Assembly (NCBI RefSeq): GCF_000315625.1
Contig: NW_005434557.1
Location: 36,866 to 100,865, forward strand
Length of the DNA stretch: 64,000 nt
Source of the DNA: Guillardia theta CCMP2712
Taxonomy: Eukaryota; Protista; Cryptophyta
Reading direction: 5' to 3'
Shown: piece by piece, positions 61,506 to 64,000 of the stretch
Position numbering within the stretch: the stretch's first letter is position 1
Layout: each line of letters opens with the position of its first letter
Notes under the pieces: generated by a model
What the model was told of the DNA's origin: nothing
Database searches by the model: none
Seen by the model: only the letters and a program-made list of their open reading frames with translations
Translations under genes and position numbers: made by a program

Positions 61506-63122
61506 GTCAGAAAGTCACACAGTGACAACTTGAACATGATGAGAATGTCAGCAGAGTTCCAAGTCAAGATATGATAAGCCTGACCGTCTGCGTCAAGTTC
61601 ACAGTTATGCTGAACAGTGGGCAATAACCATTCATTCTGTAGGATTTCGCCCAGGAAAAACCAAGGAAAAGTGGCTTTTTGTCAGTTCTCGATCTCCCAG
61701 TACCGGTTATGACTAATGACCCGGTGGTTTCCCCTGAATATGGGGGTGGTGGTACCTGGATTGTTTGAGAGGGGTCGTTGAATTAGTTTTTAATACAGCG
61801 TGTTTTTGTTCAAATATCTCATAGCTATTTTTGTATGAGTCAGTTAGACATTTGTATTATTTTCGTTTTATTTATTTTTATATATATAAACACATACATG
61901 ATGTTTACATATTGTTACCAGGAACTTCCAATCCCGTACAGAATGTCACAACATACCGGTACTGCTTACCCCAAAATCTAAGTGGGGTGGGTGGAAATCG
62001 TCCCACCGCAGCCAAAGAGGATTCATGTTTGGAATGGCATCATTCTACCACAGAGCATGAGATTGTGATGATTGAGCAGGGTCTCTCGAGATCCCAAGCA
62101 TTCTCTTTCTACAAGCAACACTGCATGGCAAGCAAGGATGCGAATTTCACCGTCAATGGGGCTTTGGCATGTTACATGCGGGGAGCAACACAACACAAGG
62201 CGTTGTCGTCATGTGTTTGTCTAGGATAAATCGTATCCTCCTCATGTTTGGAAAGTTTTGAATAGCCTTGAAGATTTTCCTGCAGATGAGCCGCCCAGTC
62301 ATATTTACCTTCTCAACCCCTATGAAGCACATTCTGAGGTTTACACAGGATTTCTGTCAGAACCTGCAACAGTTAACATGGACACATGCAAACGTATGAA
62401 GAAGCATGGACACATGTAAATGTATGAAGAGGATGTTGCTTCTTCGAAGATGGTATGGAAAGACTCATGACAATGAAGAAAGTTTGGGCCAGGAAAAATT
62501 TGAGGAAATTTCCCAAATGCGTTAAGCTTTCCTCATAGCTGCATTGTACCATCAATCAGATGTAGGTAGCCTCATTTTAAATGTTCTAGGCAGGTGCGAA
62601 GCGGATGTTCTCCTATAAAATTTATGGTCTACGATGCTGATTCATGCAACACTTGTGATTTTCTGATCGTAATAATCAGATTGTCAGAGTGTGTTTCCAT
62701 GTGTTAGATAACCTTCTCCACTCAATATGGTAGATTGAATTTGAGCTTAGTGATAGTTTACTAAACCAAAGTTGAGGGTCCTCTCAAATAAAGCTTGGTT
62801 TAACATCTCTGCGTCTGAGCAGCAAGTGTGCTGCTTTTCGCTGCAAGTCAGATGTCAAGCTTTGCATCAACAATAATTTTCTGCGACAGAGCAATTATTC
62901 ATTTGAATCTAGGAATATATATGTCAAAATCAAGCCTGCATGCTTTTCTTGCTGGAATTCTATCTGAAAGTCTCTTGAGAAGCTAGTCATCTCTGCAGAG
63001 TATCTGTGAACTCTCCAGCGCGCAGTGTTGTAACAAGGGAAGTGAAACACGGGAGATTATCCGTTTGAATGCTCTCACAACGATCATTGGGCTGCATGGC
63101 TTCCAGATATCTGCGATACCTT

Positions 63123-63430
63123 CTGTGTCATTGTCTCTCTCAACTGCTTCTCATCCAATGGTCCACATCAGCAAAGGACAAGGAGGCAGCAAAATAAAAT
63201 ATTTTGGAGGAAAACTCTCATTGAAAAACTCAAAGCACATGTGTAAGCTTCCGAATCACACATCCGTCGCAAGCCTTCAAGCACACATGCATGTTGGGCT
63301 TCTGATTCACCTGTGTCATTGTCGCTCTCAACTGCTTCTCATCCAATGGTCCACATCAGCAGATGGTTTGCATCGATGCCAGCATCAGGGAAGGGGTAAA
63401 GGACAAGGAGGCAGCAAAATAAATTATTTT
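63123..63430. repeat. ~80-bp direct repeat pair (63123-63205, 63311-63430); second copy has a ~37-bp insertion
   Basis: CTGTGTCATTGTC(T/G)CTCTCAACTGCTTCTCATCCAATGGTCCACATCAGCA and AAGGACAAGGAGGCAGCAAAATAAA each occur twice. Confidence 0.85.
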
Positions 63431-64000
63431 TCATTTTGTACTGTTATCGACATATAAAAATTATTCTAAGGAACATTTCAAATCAATTTCGTAAGGTCTC
63501 AAATTACCTGGTACAAATAACTGAAATCACTAAACCACCCCTCGATTCCCAGGGACTACCCTACAAGATACCGTATATACCTACCTGCCCAAAATCCTAC
63601 AGAATGATTCAATTATTCAAGGATTGTCCATTCTGAAGAAGATTTTCATGCAGGGCTGTTAGATGTGCAGTACAGAGATAAGGGAGATGCATATCGAGCG
63701 GATGCAATGAAGAGAGATAGAGGATAAGATAAGAGAGTCTGAGGAGAGAGAAGATAAGAGAGAACAAGAGAGAAGTTTGCTCGCCAGCATTTGAAGACCA
63801 AAAGATAAATTTTGAACCGTAAAGAACTTGTGACCAGAGATTGCTGCAGCGAGATTGGAACATCCGTTTCAAGGCATTTGAAGATTGTTGTGCAGTTGTA
63901 CCCTGTTCGCCGATCCAGAAGTAGCTCCAGTTATGCATGCCACAGCCTAGCTCCGCATCAGTGACATGAAACTTCCGCCAGATCTCCTGGGAGTTCCACT

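Noticed and set aside
1-64000. tRNA, rRNA, snRNA genes or telomeric arrays
   Set aside because: None recognised by eye; tRNAscan-SE and Infernal were not run, so small RNAs cannot be excluded.

Overview
Eukaryotic nuclear DNA with short GT-AG introns, many introns expanded by microsatellites, and six N gaps. The style resembles the cryptophyte alga Guillardia theta, but that is inference. About 15 intron-containing genes are recognisable: GH99 endo-alpha-mannosidase, eIF4E, an RBR ubiquitin ligase present twice in an exact 3532-bp tandem duplication, a PPR-like protein, a possible Erf4-like membrane protein, a large helical/coiled-coil gene, a polycystin-2/TRPP channel, a SAP + zinc-knuckle + Kelch locus, a BTB-TLDc-BTB-TLDc protein, a possible NUR1-like protein, a truncated RluA-type pseudouridine synthase and an RWP-RK factor. 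The standout is a head-to-head inverted gene pair (44962-48153 minus, 50010-53255 plus). Each copy appears to encode TIR-like, SAM-like, six-TM and RelA/SpoT-like nucleotidyltransferase modules. The copies are almost identical except at the N-terminus and two patches on the predicted outer membrane face, and the plus copy carries a 1-bp frameshift just before the enzyme domain. This is a candidate membrane receptor / nucleotide second-messenger system, possibly immune. A second surprise is an 18-bp minisatellite that reads (YSPRSS)~50 in frame with the Kelch gene. All domain calls are by-eye motif recognition; no database searches were run, and exon boundaries are approximate unless stated.
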